DNA of 64,000 nucleotides from Nitrospirota bacterium. Lineage in GTDB: Bacteria > Nitrospinota > Nitrospinia > Nitrospinales > VA-1. The stretch covers positions 4,936-68,935 of the forward strand of contig QJZQ01000215.1 of NCBI GenBank assembly GCA_003246675.1, given 5' to 3'. The position numbers and the translations under genes are program-made. Of the stretch, positions 31,022 to 40,893 are shown one piece after another (positions within the stretch are counted from its first letter, which is position 1; every line of letters begins with the position of its first letter). Below the pieces are notes generated by a model. It was given only the letters and a program-made list of their open reading frames with translations, searched no databases and had not been told where the DNA came from.

Positions 31022-31684
31022 ATGCATAAATTCAAGACCGACCTTAAAAAAAACCTCATCGCCGGGCTGCTGGTCACCGTACCCGTTGCGCTGACCTATA
31101 TCATCCTGTCGTTCGTCATCCGCAGTGTCGATGCGGCCATGGAGCCGGTGATCCTGAAGGTGCTCGGCGCGAAAGGCGTGCGCTGGATGCAGGAGTACCC
31201 CGTTCCCGGCCTGGGGTTCGTGCTGCTGGTGATTTTCATTATTCTGGTCGGGCTCTTTGCCACCAATTTTTTTGGCAAGCAGGTGGTGCTGGCGGGTGAG
31301 CTGATCCTGCACAAGATCCCGTTCGTGCGCGTTATCTACACCAGCATCAAGAAGGTGGTGGACACCCTTTCGCAGTCGGAAACGCCGACCTTTGAAAAAA
31401 TGGTTCTCATCACCTATCCGCGCGAGCCTCTCAAGACGCTGGGCATCGTGTGCTGCGACACGAAGGGGGAGATCTCCAGCCACACGCAAGGGGGGTCGGT
31501 GAATGTATTCGTGCCCACTTCCCCCAACCCCACCACCGGTTTCCTCCTGATGGTGCCGATGGAAAACCTGGACATTCTCGACATGTCGGTGGAAGACGGT
31601 TTGAAGATGATTATTTCCTTCGGCATGGTGAGCGCTCCGGAAACGGGCGAGGCGCAGAAGGTGGGATCGCGGGACGAGGGCTAG
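31022..31684 (+). CDS. DUF502 family membrane protein
   Basis: N-terminus LKKNLIAGLLVTVPVALTYIIL, then later VPTSPNPTTGFLLMVP, which is typical of DUF502. Confidence 0.75.
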   Translation: MHKFKTDLKKNLIAGLLVTVPVALTYIILSFVIRSVDAAMEPVILKVLGAKGVRWMQEYPVPGLGFVLLVIFIILVGLFATNFFGKQVVLAGELILHKIPFVRVIYTSIKKVVDTLSQSETPTFEKMVLITYPREPLKTLGIVCCDTKGEISSHTQGGSVNVFVPTSPNPTTGFLLMVPMENLDILDMSVEDGLKMIISFGMVSAPETGEAQKVGSRDEG

Positions 31685-31688
31685 CAAT

Positions 31689-31714
31689 GCCCGGTGCGGG
31701 CCGCCGGGCGTTTT
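31689..31714. terminator. hairpin GCCCGG-N9-CCGGGC plus TTTT between convergent genes
   Basis: Read from the sequence. It lies between the DUF502 gene (+) and the last flagellar-operon gene (-), and overlaps the latter's stop codon. Confidence 0.45.
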
Positions 31715-32342
31715 AGTTGCCGCCTTTTTTAGCCGCCGGTTTTTTTTTCTGCCCGGCCATTTTCTCGCTGATGTTTTTCGCGGTCTTGACATCCAGCCGG
31801 CTCAGGATTTTTCCCGCAACCTTGCTCCGCATTCCAGCGAGGATCTTGATCGCGAGGTTTTCATCCAGTGCTTCCACCAGGGCGGCCGCCTCATCAGGCT
31901 TCATGCTCGAATACGCCTTCACCAGCGCATTGATGTTGTCCCGTATTCGCTCATTTTGAATTCCCAGTTGCTCCTCGCTGCGGGCCAGCGCTTCCTCGAT
32001 TTTCGCCAGGTCGGCTCGGATTTTTTCTTCCAGAACCTTGAGCTGCTGCTCCTTCAGGTGCAGTTCCTCCTCGCGCCGCTTAAGCTCCCGGTTCTTTTTC
32101 TCGATGGACTCGATCATGCGAAAGGTTTCAGGGTTAATCCCCGGAGCCTGGGCGGGGAGCTGGACCCCTTGCTTGCCCGGAGTTGCGGGAGCGGTGCTGG
32201 GCGCCTCTGGCGCGGCCTCCTTGGGGGTTTGCGCCGCGGCGGGGCCCGGTTCCCAGAACAGCGTCGCCGCAAGCGCGGCGCAGGTGAAAACACACAGACC
32301 CAGGGTGGCATCAAGAACGCGGGAAAACTTCATCGGCCTCAT
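31713..32342 (-). CDS. flagellar-operon MgtE-N/MotE (YlxF)-like protein
   Basis: ATGA overlap with fliJ. N-terminal TM or signal, a coiled coil, then the C-terminal KPDEAAALVEALDENLAIKILAGMRSKVAGKILSRLD (MgtE_N-like). Its position after fliJ matches the B. subtilis ylxF arrangement. Confidence 0.6.
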   Translation of the reverse strand: MRPMKFSRVLDATLGLCVFTCAALAATLFWEPGPAAAQTPKEAAPEAPSTAPATPGKQGVQLPAQAPGINPETFRMIESIEKKNRELKRREEELHLKEQQLKVLEEKIRADLAKIEEALARSEEQLGIQNERIRDNINALVKAYSSMKPDEAAALVEALDENLAIKILAGMRSKVAGKILSRLDVKTAKNISEKMAGQKKKPAAKKGGN

Positions 32343-32779
32343 CGCAGCCTCTCCTTCCGCCACTGATTGGTGGCGGCTTCGTCGAGGAGCGCGATTTCGC
32401 GCTTGGCGAGCTCTTTTTTATGCGCGAGGATTTCGCGGTCCATGAGAATCTCGAAGGTGCGGCGCTTGCGCGCGGCCGCGGTGAACTGGGTCCGTGTTTC
32501 ATCCCGCCGGCGGGCGATTTCGTCGATGATCGCCTGCTGGCGGCCTTCCTCCTGTTTGATGCCGCTGAAAAAATTCTGATACAGCTGGAGCGTGGAGAGG
32601 CCGGTCGGCCGATTCCTGCTCTCATCGAGGTCACGGGTTCTTTCCTCGGCCAGGCGGCGAATGAACGCCAGCCGCTCTTCCTGCGCCTGAAGGTGGGTCT
32701 CGATTTGTCCGATCTCCCTTTTGATTGCATCTTCCTTGAGGCGTGCGACCTTGAGCAAGGTTTCGAAACGGCCTTTCAT
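32339..32779 (-). CDS. fliJ: flagellar export chaperone FliJ
   Basis: 146-aa coiled-coil protein immediately after fliI, with a 4-nt overlap. Confidence 0.75.
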   Translation of the reverse strand: MKGRFETLLKVARLKEDAIKREIGQIETHLQAQEERLAFIRRLAEERTRDLDESRNRPTGLSTLQLYQNFFSGIKQEEGRQQAIIDEIARRRDETRTQFTAAARKRRTFEILMDREILAHKKELAKREIALLDEAATNQWRKERLR

Positions 32780-34107
32780 TCCGGCCTCGCCAGTTCCGCA
32801 AGCGCATGGAGGCTTTGCTCGAAGTCCACTTTTTCGTGGATGTCCTGCTTGAGGTATTCGTTCATCTTGTCGATGCGGGCAACGGCCCGGTCGATGCGGG
32901 GATTGCTTCCCCGCGTGTAGGCGCCGATGTTGACGAGGTCCTCCGCTTCCCGGTAGGTGGCGAGCAAATCCTTGAACCGCATGGCCGATTGATAATGCTC
33001 TTTCGAGACCACGTCGATCATCATCCGGCTGATGCTGGCCAGAACATCGATGGCGGGGAAGTGGTTGTGCTGGGCGAGTTTGCGGCTGAGGACGATGTGT
33101 CCGTCGAGAATGGCGCGCACCGCGTCGGAAATCGGCTCGTTGATATCGTCCCCTTCGACGAGCACCGTGTAAAGCCCGGTGATGGTGCCTTTCCCGCGCG
33201 AGGTGCCCGCGCGCTCCAGCAGCCTGGGCAGAAGGGAAAACACCGATGGCGTGTAGCCGCGCGTGGTGGGAGGCTCCCCCACCGAAAGGCCGATCTCGCG
33301 CTGGGCGAGGGCGAAACGCGTGACCGAATCCATCATCAACATGACGTCCCGGCCCTGGTCGCGGAAATATTCCGCGATGGTGGTGGCGATGTACGCGCCA
33401 CGCAGGCGCACCAGAGGGGGTTGGTCCGCTGCCGCGGCCACCACCACGGATCTCTTCAGGCCCTGCGGACCCAGGTTCTCCTCGATGAACTCCTTGACCT
33501 CGCGGCCGCGCTCCCCGATGAGGGCGATGACATTCACATCGGCCCCGGTGTTGCGGGCGATCATCCCCATGAGCACCGACTTGCCGACACCGGTGCCCGC
33601 CAGGATGCCCATGCGCTGGCCCTTGGCGAAAGTGTGGAGGCCGTTGATGGCGCGGACGCCCACGTCAAGAATGTCCCGCACCCGGTTCTTGGCAAGCGGG
33701 TTCGACGGGGTGCCCATAAGCGGATATTCGGTGCCGTGCTCGATGGGTCCCTTGCCGTCGAGCGGGCGGCCGTTGCCATCGATCACCCGGCCGATCAGCC
33801 CCTGGCTGACGTTGAAGGTGGGGTACTCTTCCTGGGATTCGATGCGGCTTCCCGGTTCGATGCCGATGAGCTCTCCGAGCGGCATGAGCAAGGTCCGGTT
33901 GTCGCGGAAGCCGACCACCTCCGCCTCGACCGGCGCGCGGTTGTTGCGGGGGTGGATGGTGCAGCGGCTGCCCACCGAGGCGGCCGGGCCGTCGCCCTCG
34001 AGCAGCAGGCCGATCACCCGGTTCACCCGGCCGCTTTTCTTGATCAGCGAGGTGTTGTCGATGAAGGCGCTGTATTTTTTGAGATCGATGGTCTCGTCCA
34101 TGGCCAT
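32776..34107 (-). CDS. fliI: flagellum-specific ATPase FliI
   Basis: Walker A GTGVGKS, Walker B VMLMMDSVTR, GSITGLYTVLVEGDD, and the FliI/T3SS ATPase C-terminus. Confidence 0.95.
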   Translation of the reverse strand: MAMDETIDLKKYSAFIDNTSLIKKSGRVNRVIGLLLEGDGPAASVGSRCTIHPRNNRAPVEAEVVGFRDNRTLLMPLGELIGIEPGSRIESQEEYPTFNVSQGLIGRVIDGNGRPLDGKGPIEHGTEYPLMGTPSNPLAKNRVRDILDVGVRAINGLHTFAKGQRMGILAGTGVGKSVLMGMIARNTGADVNVIALIGERGREVKEFIEENLGPQGLKRSVVVAAAADQPPLVRLRGAYIATTIAEYFRDQGRDVMLMMDSVTRFALAQREIGLSVGEPPTTRGYTPSVFSLLPRLLERAGTSRGKGTITGLYTVLVEGDDINEPISDAVRAILDGHIVLSRKLAQHNHFPAIDVLASISRMMIDVVSKEHYQSAMRFKDLLATYREAEDLVNIGAYTRGSNPRIDRAVARIDKMNEYLKQDIHEKVDFEQSLHALAELARPE

Positions 34108-34112
34108 GGCCG

Positions 34113-34886
34113 CTAGGCGGGGTGTTCGCCGTCCCGGGGCGCGAGTTGCAGGATTTTGTCGAGCCCTTCTTCCAGTTTTTCGATACGCGCATCGACGGCG
34201 CCGAAATTCGTTTCGATGACGCAGCCGCCGCGCGCAATGCCCGATTGCGGTTCGATGACGATCTTCTGGATTTCCGGGTAGAGATGGGTGAGTTCCGGCC
34301 GGAAGTTTTCCGCGTGTTCCTTGTCCTCCGGGTTGATCTTGATGGTCATGAATTCCTTGTCGAGCACCGACTGCACCGCGAGGCGGATCATGTCCTGGAT
34401 GCTTTCCTCGCGCGTGGCCATCTCGTAGCGGATCACCTTCTTGGCCAGGGCGACGACCATCTCGACCATTTCCCTTTCCACCCGGCCGTACATCTGTTTC
34501 CGGTATGCGGCAAGTTCGCGGGTGACCTTTTCGAAACTCTCCACCAGCGGCTGGAATTGTTCGCGCGCGGCCCGTTCCCCCTCGGCAAAGCCCTCGGCAT
34601 GGCCCGCCGCGCGGCCGTTCTCCTCCGCCTGCCTCTTGATGGACTCGGCCTCCTGCCGGGCTTTTTCCAGGGCTTCGGCCAAAAGTTCGCGCGCACCCTC
34701 GCGGGAGCGGGCGATATTGCCCGGAGTGAAATTCCCCAGCATTTCCTGGTCGTGCTTGAACTCGTGTTTTTTCCCGCGGGGGACAAAGCTCTCCAGCTTG
34801 AAGTCGTGCGCTCCGGCCTCGCGTCCTTCGGAGGACGGTTCCCGGGCGGTGAGGCCGCGGACAAACCCACTGGAATCTCTAGACAA
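34113..34886 (-). CDS. fliH: flagellar assembly protein FliH
   Basis: Central charged coiled coil plus the FliH C-domain (GGCVIETNFGAVDARIEKLEE). TTG start overlaps the fliG end. Confidence 0.75.
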   Translation of the reverse strand: MSRDSSGFVRGLTAREPSSEGREAGAHDFKLESFVPRGKKHEFKHDQEMLGNFTPGNIARSREGARELLAEALEKARQEAESIKRQAEENGRAAGHAEGFAEGERAAREQFQPLVESFEKVTRELAAYRKQMYGRVEREMVEMVVALAKKVIRYEMATREESIQDMIRLAVQSVLDKEFMTIKINPEDKEHAENFRPELTHLYPEIQKIVIEPQSGIARGGCVIETNFGAVDARIEKLEEGLDKILQLAPRDGEHPA

Positions 34887-35886
34887 GTTCTTCGCCTCCT
34901 CCGCCGATGGAAAGCTTGCCTTCCTCCTCCAGTTTTTTGCAGACGCCGACGATTTTCTGCTGCGCGTTTTCCACGTCGCTGATCTTGGTGGGGCCGAGGG
35001 CCTCCAGATCCTCCCGAACCATGAGAGAGGCCCGTTCGGACATGTTCGAAAGCCATTTCTCCTTGAGCGCGTCGCTCGCGGTCTTGAGAGACACCAGGAG
35101 ATCCTCCTGGTTGATTTCCTTGAGAATCATCTGGATGCCGTGGTCATCGATTTTCAGGATGTCCTCGTAAGTGAAGCGCAGGTTGCGGATTTCGTTGGCC
35201 AGGTCGGGGTCCACCTCGTCCATCGAGGCGAGGATGGAGGTTTCCGTCGAGCGGTCGAGGGTGCCGATGATGTGGGCCGCGGTTTCCACGCCTCCGAGCT
35301 GGCTGCCGGTCATGCTGCCCGAAGAGCGGAACTCGGCCTGCAGGGCCTCGTCCAGGTCGCGCACCACCTGGGGCGACACGCGTTCCAGGGTGGCCAGGCG
35401 GAGGACGATTTCCATGCGGCTCTCTTCGGGAATTTCCCTGACCGTCTGCCCGGCCATGTGGGGGTCCAGGTGCGCGAGGACGATGGCCGCCGTTTGCGGG
35501 TGCTCGTTGACGAGAAACGCGGCGATCACTTTGGGGTCAAGCATGCGCATCGTTTCCAGGCCGCCGCCCATCTCTTCGCCGGGGGTGGTGATGTTATTAA
35601 GAATTTCCGCCGCCTTGTCGGGGGCGAGGGCCTTCATGAGAGTGCTTTTTAGAAAGTCCATGCCGCCGATGCCCAGCCCGCCGGTGCCCGCTTCGACGCT
35701 TTTGTAGAACTCCTGGGTGACCGCGTTGAGGGTGGCGACGCTCACCTCGCCGAGCGACGACATGTAGTTGCCGAGAATCTGGATCTCGCGCTCCTCCATG
35801 TTGGAGAGCACCGCCGCGGCTTTTTCCTCGCCCAGCGACATCAGGAAAATGGCGGCTTTCTCGGGGCCTGTGTATTGTTCGAGCAC
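34879..35886 (-). CDS. fliG: flagellar motor switch protein FliG
   Basis: GPEKAAIFLMSLGEEKAA N-terminus, EHPQTAAIVLAHL, and C-terminal MSERA...LGP...DVENAQQKI. Confidence 0.95.
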   Translation of the reverse strand: MLEQYTGPEKAAIFLMSLGEEKAAAVLSNMEEREIQILGNYMSSLGEVSVATLNAVTQEFYKSVEAGTGGLGIGGMDFLKSTLMKALAPDKAAEILNNITTPGEEMGGGLETMRMLDPKVIAAFLVNEHPQTAAIVLAHLDPHMAGQTVREIPEESRMEIVLRLATLERVSPQVVRDLDEALQAEFRSSGSMTGSQLGGVETAAHIIGTLDRSTETSILASMDEVDPDLANEIRNLRFTYEDILKIDDHGIQMILKEINQEDLLVSLKTASDALKEKWLSNMSERASLMVREDLEALGPTKISDVENAQQKIVGVCKKLEEEGKLSIGGGGEELV

Positions 35887-35901
35887 GGTATCCCCCCGGG
35901 G

Positions 35902-37491
35902 TTAGCTGACGGGGCCCTTGTTGCGCATCCATTTGCGGATGACGCTGGCGGTGAACTTGGGATCGTTCTGGGCGAACTCTTCCACGGATTTGCGCATGTT
36001 CGCTATTTCCTGGCTGACTTCGGCGATCATCGCGCTTTCCCGCTCCGCTTGATCCATCTCGGCGTGAGCCAACTCCCGGGCCGTATCCGGCACCACCTCG
36101 AGGGTGGTGGTCATCCAGTTCATGATCGGGCGGATGACCCAGGCGAAGAACAGCAAAATCACTATAGCACCGCCGACAATTTTTGCAATGAGCAGCACCC
36201 AGTCCATCGTCTGCGCGTTGGAGATCAGGTCCGCCTGCTCCTCCAGCAGGGAACGGTCGAACTGGATGTTTTCCACCTGCACCTGGTCGCCCCGGTCGCG
36301 GTTATAGCCGATGGTGGACTTCACGATATCGAGGTATTTCTTCATTTCCTCTTCAGAGCGCGGCTGGTATTCGGCAGGGTCGCCCTGGGTGGTGCCGTCG
36401 ATCAACACCGCCACCGAGAGTTTGCTGATCTCCCCGATGGGTTTCGACACGTGGCGGATCACCTTGTTGATCTCGTAATTGAAAGTCTGGTTTTCCTTGT
36501 CGCGCTTGGCGGGCTGGCCGTCCCCCTGGCCGCCGCGGCCGCCGGGAACCAGAGACTGGGCGCCCGCCACCCCGCCGGGGGGAAGCGCGCCGAGGGTCGC
36601 CTCGGTCACCAGCTGTTCGCTGCGAACCACCTGCGAATCGGGATCGAAAATTTCCTCGGTGCGCTCGACCCTTTCAAAATCCAGATTGGCGGTCACCCGT
36701 GCCAGCACTTTGCCGGGACCGAGGGCGTCTTCCAGCATATCGACGATGCGCTTTTCCATTTCCTGCTCCACCCGCAGCTTGTGCTGGAAATTGGTGGCGG
36801 TGGCCAGCGCGTTCAAGGTGGCGTCGGAGCCGCCCGACAGCAGGTTTCCCTCCATGTCCACCACCACCACGTCGCGCGCCTCGATGCCCTCGACACTGGC
36901 CGACACCAGGTGCACGATGCCCTGGATCTGCTCCTTGGCGAGCGACCGTCCGGCACGGACCTTGATGGTGATCGACGCCTTGCCGCGCGGTTTGTCCTTG
37001 ATGAACAGGGTCTCCTTGGGAATGACGAGGTGCACCCGCGCCTGTTCCACGGCATCCAGAGTCTTGATGGTGCGCGCCAGTTCGCCCTGCAACGCGCGCT
37101 GGTAGTTGAGCTTTTGCACGAATTCCGTCATCCCCAGGCCGGATTTTTCGAAGATCTCAAGCCCCACCTCGCTGCCCTCAGGCAGGCCCTCGCTGGCCAG
37201 TTGCAGGCGGATTTCGTGCATTTTGTTGGAGGGAACGTAGATGGTGCGGCCCCGGTTCGTAAGCTCGTAGGGGGTTTTCTGCGACTTCAGCCGCTCGACG
37301 ATGGCGGAGGCGTCTTCCTCGGACAAATTGGCGTAAAGAAGTTCCAGGTCGGGGGCTTGCAGCCACAGCGTCATGGCGAAGATAGAGGCAATGGCCGCAG
37401 CCAGCAGCGCCAGTGCGCCTGCCTTCCTCCCCGGCGGCAGCGCCTGAAAACGGGTGTCGAGGTTTTTAATAAAATCCAACGCGGATTCCAT
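35902..37491 (-). CDS. fliF: flagellar MS-ring protein FliF
   Basis: N-terminal TM, YLYANLSEEDA...L, RLQLASEGLP and ELARTI blocks, and a second TM near the C-terminus. Confidence 0.95.
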   Translation of the reverse strand: MESALDFIKNLDTRFQALPPGRKAGALALLAAAIASIFAMTLWLQAPDLELLYANLSEEDASAIVERLKSQKTPYELTNRGRTIYVPSNKMHEIRLQLASEGLPEGSEVGLEIFEKSGLGMTEFVQKLNYQRALQGELARTIKTLDAVEQARVHLVIPKETLFIKDKPRGKASITIKVRAGRSLAKEQIQGIVHLVSASVEGIEARDVVVVDMEGNLLSGGSDATLNALATATNFQHKLRVEQEMEKRIVDMLEDALGPGKVLARVTANLDFERVERTEEIFDPDSQVVRSEQLVTEATLGALPPGGVAGAQSLVPGGRGGQGDGQPAKRDKENQTFNYEINKVIRHVSKPIGEISKLSVAVLIDGTTQGDPAEYQPRSEEEMKKYLDIVKSTIGYNRDRGDQVQVENIQFDRSLLEEQADLISNAQTMDWVLLIAKIVGGAIVILLFFAWVIRPIMNWMTTTLEVVPDTARELAHAEMDQAERESAMIAEVSQEIANMRKSVEEFAQNDPKFTASVIRKWMRNKGPVS

Positions 37492-37535
37492 GAATTATCG
37501 CGGCCGTCGGGCGAATGCAGGATTCATAAACAAGG

Positions 37536-37973
37536 TCATCGCCCCAGTTCGATGGCGCGCAACGCCATCGATTTCGCGGCGTTGATGGCGGTGACATTGG
37601 CCTCGTACGAGCGGGTCGCCGTCACCAGGTTCACCATTTCCTCGACGAGGTCGATGTTGGGCATCGCCACGTTGCCCTCCCCATCGGCATCCGGGTGGGT
37701 GGGGTTGAACACCTTTCTCGGGTCGCCGCTGTCTTCGATGATGCCCGTGGCCAGGGCGCGCTGAAGGTTTTCTCCCAGTTCGGTTTTGAGGAGGGAAGCG
37801 AAATCATCCGTCAGCGGCAGGGCGGAAACGACCACGTCCTTGCGCCGGTAGGGGCCGCCCTCGGGGGTGCGCGTGGTTTCGACATTGGCCAGGTTGCTGG
37901 CCAGCGCTTCCATTCGGAGCCGCTGCACCGACAGGCCCGATGAGCTGATATTGATCGACGTCAAAAAATCCAT
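37536..37973 (-). CDS. flgC: flagellar basal-body rod protein FlgC
   Basis: ATG at 37973. MDFLTSINISSSGLSVQRLRMEALASNLANVETTRTPEGGPYRRK, with C-terminal SYEANV. Confidence 0.9.
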   Translation of the reverse strand: MDFLTSINISSSGLSVQRLRMEALASNLANVETTRTPEGGPYRRKDVVVSALPLTDDFASLLKTELGENLQRALATGIIEDSGDPRKVFNPTHPDADGEGNVAMPNIDLVEEMVNLVTATRSYEANVTAINAAKSMALRAIELGR

Positions 37974-38050
37974 GGTTTCTCTCTCCCGATGATAAAAATG
38001 ACCCGCAGGGAGCCCTGTTCGCACCCTTGCGGCCCGGTCATGGAAAATAA

Positions 38051-38066
38051 AGCAATATCCGTACCA
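38051..38066 (-). promoter_or_regulatory. sigma-54 promoter TGGTACGGATATTGCT upstream of flgC
   Basis: The minus-strand sequence matches TGGCAC-N5-TTGCW with exact GG/GC spacing. It lies about 78 nt upstream of the flgC ATG and next to a sigma-54-dependent activator gene. Confidence 0.65.
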
Positions 38067-38261
38067 CGGGCGGCAAATCGGGCGCTTGCGGCATGCGCAA
38101 AATACAGGCGCTTAATGCGCAAAGTTTCAATGGGTTGCCCGGTGAGCCCGGCTCCGGTGCGGGTTCCGGGTTCCGGCTCTTAACGGAACCGGCGGCAGAA
38201 TGTCACTTAATTGACGATGGAGGAAGATTTTGCCCACGAAAGCGGCTGCCGCCCATTCGCT

Positions 38262-39638
38262 TCAATAGCTGCTCAGGTTTTTGTATTCGTTCAGTTTATT
38301 GCGCAGGGTGCGAATGCTGATGCCCAGGCATTGGGCCGCCCGCGTTCGGTTGCCCCCGGCCTCTTCGAGCGTTTTCAAAATGAGCGCTTTCTCCATTTCC
38401 TGCAGGGTGCCGGTGAATATTTGTGGTGACGGCGCGCCGGGTTGATCCGTCGCACCCACGTCCTCGTCGAAGAACAGGTGCGCGGGCAGCAGGGTATCGC
38501 CCGGGCACAACAGGACCGCCCGCTCGATGATGTTCGCCAGTTCGCGGATGTTGCCCGGCCAGTGGTATTTTTGCAGGAGGCTGAGGGTTTCCTCTGCCAG
38601 CCGGGGGACGGCCCGGCCGTTGGCGCGGCAGTTCACCTCCATGAAATGCCGGGCGAGCAGGGGCAAGTCCTCCATGCGTTCCCGAAGCGGCATGAGTTTG
38701 ACGGGGATGACGTTCAGGCGGTAGTAAAGATCCTCGCGAAACAGGTTTTCGCGCACCCGTTTACGGATATCCCGGTTGGTGGTGGCGATGACGCGTACGT
38801 CCACGGGGATCGGCTCGCGTCCGCCGACCCGGTCGATCTCGTGCTCCTGCAGCACGCGCAGCAGCTTGGCCTGCAGGGTGAGCGGCATTTCCGTCACCTC
38901 GTCGAGCAGCAGGGTGCCTTGATGGGCGAGTTGAAATTTTCCTTCCTTGGTCTGAGCGGCGCCGGTGAACGCTCCCTTTTCATGGCCGAACATCTCGGTT
39001 TCCAGCAGGCCCTCGGGCAGGGCGGCGCAGTTGATGGGCATGAACGGTTTGCCGGCGCGCGGGCTTTGCTGATGGATGTAGCGCGCGAAGAGTTCCTTAC
39101 CGGTGCCGGTTTCTCCCATGAGGAGCACCGTCGACTTGCTGTAAGCGATGTTGTCGACGTAGGCCATCAGCTCGCGCATCTTCGGGCTCTGGGTGAGGAT
39201 AGACGGTGCAGGGCCAGGTGCTTGAGCGGGGCGGCGCGGGGCGGCGGCGGGCTCCCGGAGAAGAAACGCCCGATTCACGGCGCATACAAGGATATCGGCG
39301 GAAAAGGGTTTCAGCAGGTAATCGAATGCTCCTTCCTTCATGGTCTCGACGGCGTTGTCGATATCGCCGTAAGCGGTCATCATGATCACCTCGGTGCCGG
39401 GCGACTGTCTCTTGATCGCGCGCAACAGTTCGACGCCGCTCATTTTCGGCATCTTGACGTCGGAGATCACCAGGTCGAACCCGCCTTCCTGAAAGCGCCG
39501 CAGGCCCTCCTCCCCTTCTTTGGCGGAGACGGTCGTAAAGCCTTCGCGCTCCAGGGTGGCTTCCAGCGCGAGGCGCATCTCGCTTTCGTCATCGACGACG
39601 AGAATTTTTTTTGCGGTGTTGTTTTTAGTCGAGTTCAT
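38262..39638 (-). CDS. sigma-54-dependent response regulator (NtrC family; FlrC/FleR-like by context)
   Basis: Receiver domain (ILVVDDE...DLVISDVKMP), AAA+ domain with GETGTGKE, GAFTGA and the ESELFGHEKGAFTGA-type motif (here TEMFGHEKGAFTGA), and a C-terminal Fis-type HTH. Confidence 0.9.
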   Translation of the reverse strand: MNSTKNNTAKKILVVDDESEMRLALEATLEREGFTTVSAKEGEEGLRRFQEGGFDLVISDVKMPKMSGVELLRAIKRQSPGTEVIMMTAYGDIDNAVETMKEGAFDYLLKPFSADILVCAVNRAFLLREPAAAPRRPAQAPGPAPSILTQSPKMRELMAYVDNIAYSKSTVLLMGETGTGKELFARYIHQQSPRAGKPFMPINCAALPEGLLETEMFGHEKGAFTGAAQTKEGKFQLAHQGTLLLDEVTEMPLTLQAKLLRVLQEHEIDRVGGREPIPVDVRVIATTNRDIRKRVRENLFREDLYYRLNVIPVKLMPLRERMEDLPLLARHFMEVNCRANGRAVPRLAEETLSLLQKYHWPGNIRELANIIERAVLLCPGDTLLPAHLFFDEDVGATDQPGAPSPQIFTGTLQEMEKALILKTLEEAGGNRTRAAQCLGISIRTLRNKLNEYKNLSSY

Positions 39639-40893
39639 CGTCCCAGCCGGGAATCCTCACGATAAAGGTGGTCTTTTCTCCGATGGCGCTTTCGACATCG
39701 ATGGTGCCCTGATGGGCCTTGATGATGTTGTGGCAGATGGCGAGGCCGAGACCGGTGCCTTTGTCCTTGGTGGAAAAAAATGGATCGAAGATTTTCTCCA
39801 GGTGCTCCGCGGCGATACCGCCGCCGGTGTCGGAGATCGACAGCGTGACGAAGCGGCGGTGGTCGACGTTCCATCCCTCGTCGTCTGTTCCCGCCGGTTC
39901 TATCGAGACGCCAAGCTCGCCCCCTTCGGGCATGGCCTGAAGACCGTTTCTCAGCAGGTTATGAAACACGCGCCTGAGAAGCTCGCCGTCGCCGCTCACC
40001 CAGCATTCGCCGGGGGCGAACTGGCGGACGACGCGGATGTTTTCAGGCAGCTCAAGATCCGGCGAAGCCTCAAGCAGGTCGGTCAGCAGTTGCCGTACGT
40101 CGCACTTCTGGCGTGAGGGGCGCGGCGACTTGGCGAACAGCAGGAACGAGGAAATGATGCGGTCCATGTTCTTCACCCCGGCGCGGATGTGGTCGACAAG
40201 CGGGGCCGTGCCCGGGTCGCCGGCAAGGTCCTTCTTAAGCAGGGAGGCGAACAGTTCGATGCTTGCCAGCGGGTTGCGGATTTCGTGGGCGATGCCCGCG
40301 GCCATCTCCCCCATGGCGCGCAGGCGCTGGTTGCGCTGGGCCTCGTCTTCCAGGGTATGCAGCCGGGTGTTGTCCTGCAAAATGAGCACCGTGCCGATGG
40401 GTTGTTGATCCTGGTCGAACACGCGCGAGGCAAAGATGCGCAGGAAGAGGGGCTTTGCGTTTTCCCCGGGCAGCTCGCGGTCGAGGCTGATCGAGCGGCC
40501 GCTTTCGGTCACGCGCTGCACGAGGATTTCGAAAAGGTCGTGCGTGAAGACTTTCCGGAGAGGTTTGTTCAGGCAATCCGCCGGGGCTTGCCCGGTGATG
40601 AGGCCCGCGGTCCGGTTGCAAGTGGTGATGAAGCCCTGGTTGTCCACCACCAGAACGCCGCTGGTCAGGCTCTCGAGAATATTGCTCAGGTAATTCTTGA
40701 CCTCCTCCTTCTCCCGCAGGTTTTCGAACAGTTCCTGATTTTTACGCGCCAGCTCGAGGTCGAGCTGTTTCACGCGCTCTTTCAGGCTGTCGTAGGAGTC
40801 CTGGAGTTTGGCCGTCGCCTCGTTGAACGCCTGGAAGGCCTGGTTGAGGGCTTCCATATCCTCGGGAGTCCGGCCCCTGGCGGGCGGGATCAT
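39625..40893 (-). CDS. cytoplasmic PAS sensor histidine kinase (FlrB/FleS-like by context)
   Basis: ATG at 40893 forms an ATGA overlap with the upstream gene. No TM; coiled coil, PAS, H-box [13 protein letters not shown], and HATPase ([13 protein letters not shown]). Confidence 0.8.
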   Translation of the reverse strand: MIPPARGRTPEDMEALNQAFQAFNEATAKLQDSYDSLKERVKQLDLELARKNQELFENLREKEEVKNYLSNILESLTSGVLVVDNQGFITTCNRTAGLITGQAPADCLNKPLRKVFTHDLFEILVQRVTESGRSISLDRELPGENAKPLFLRIFASRVFDQDQQPIGTVLILQDNTRLHTLEDEAQRNQRLRAMGEMAAGIAHEIRNPLASIELFASLLKKDLAGDPGTAPLVDHIRAGVKNMDRIISSFLLFAKSPRPSRQKCDVRQLLTDLLEASPDLELPENIRVVRQFAPGECWVSGDGELLRRVFHNLLRNGLQAMPEGGELGVSIEPAGTDDEGWNVDHRRFVTLSISDTGGGIAAEHLEKIFDPFFSTKDKGTGLGLAICHNIIKAHQGTIDVESAIGEKTTFIVRIPGWDDELD

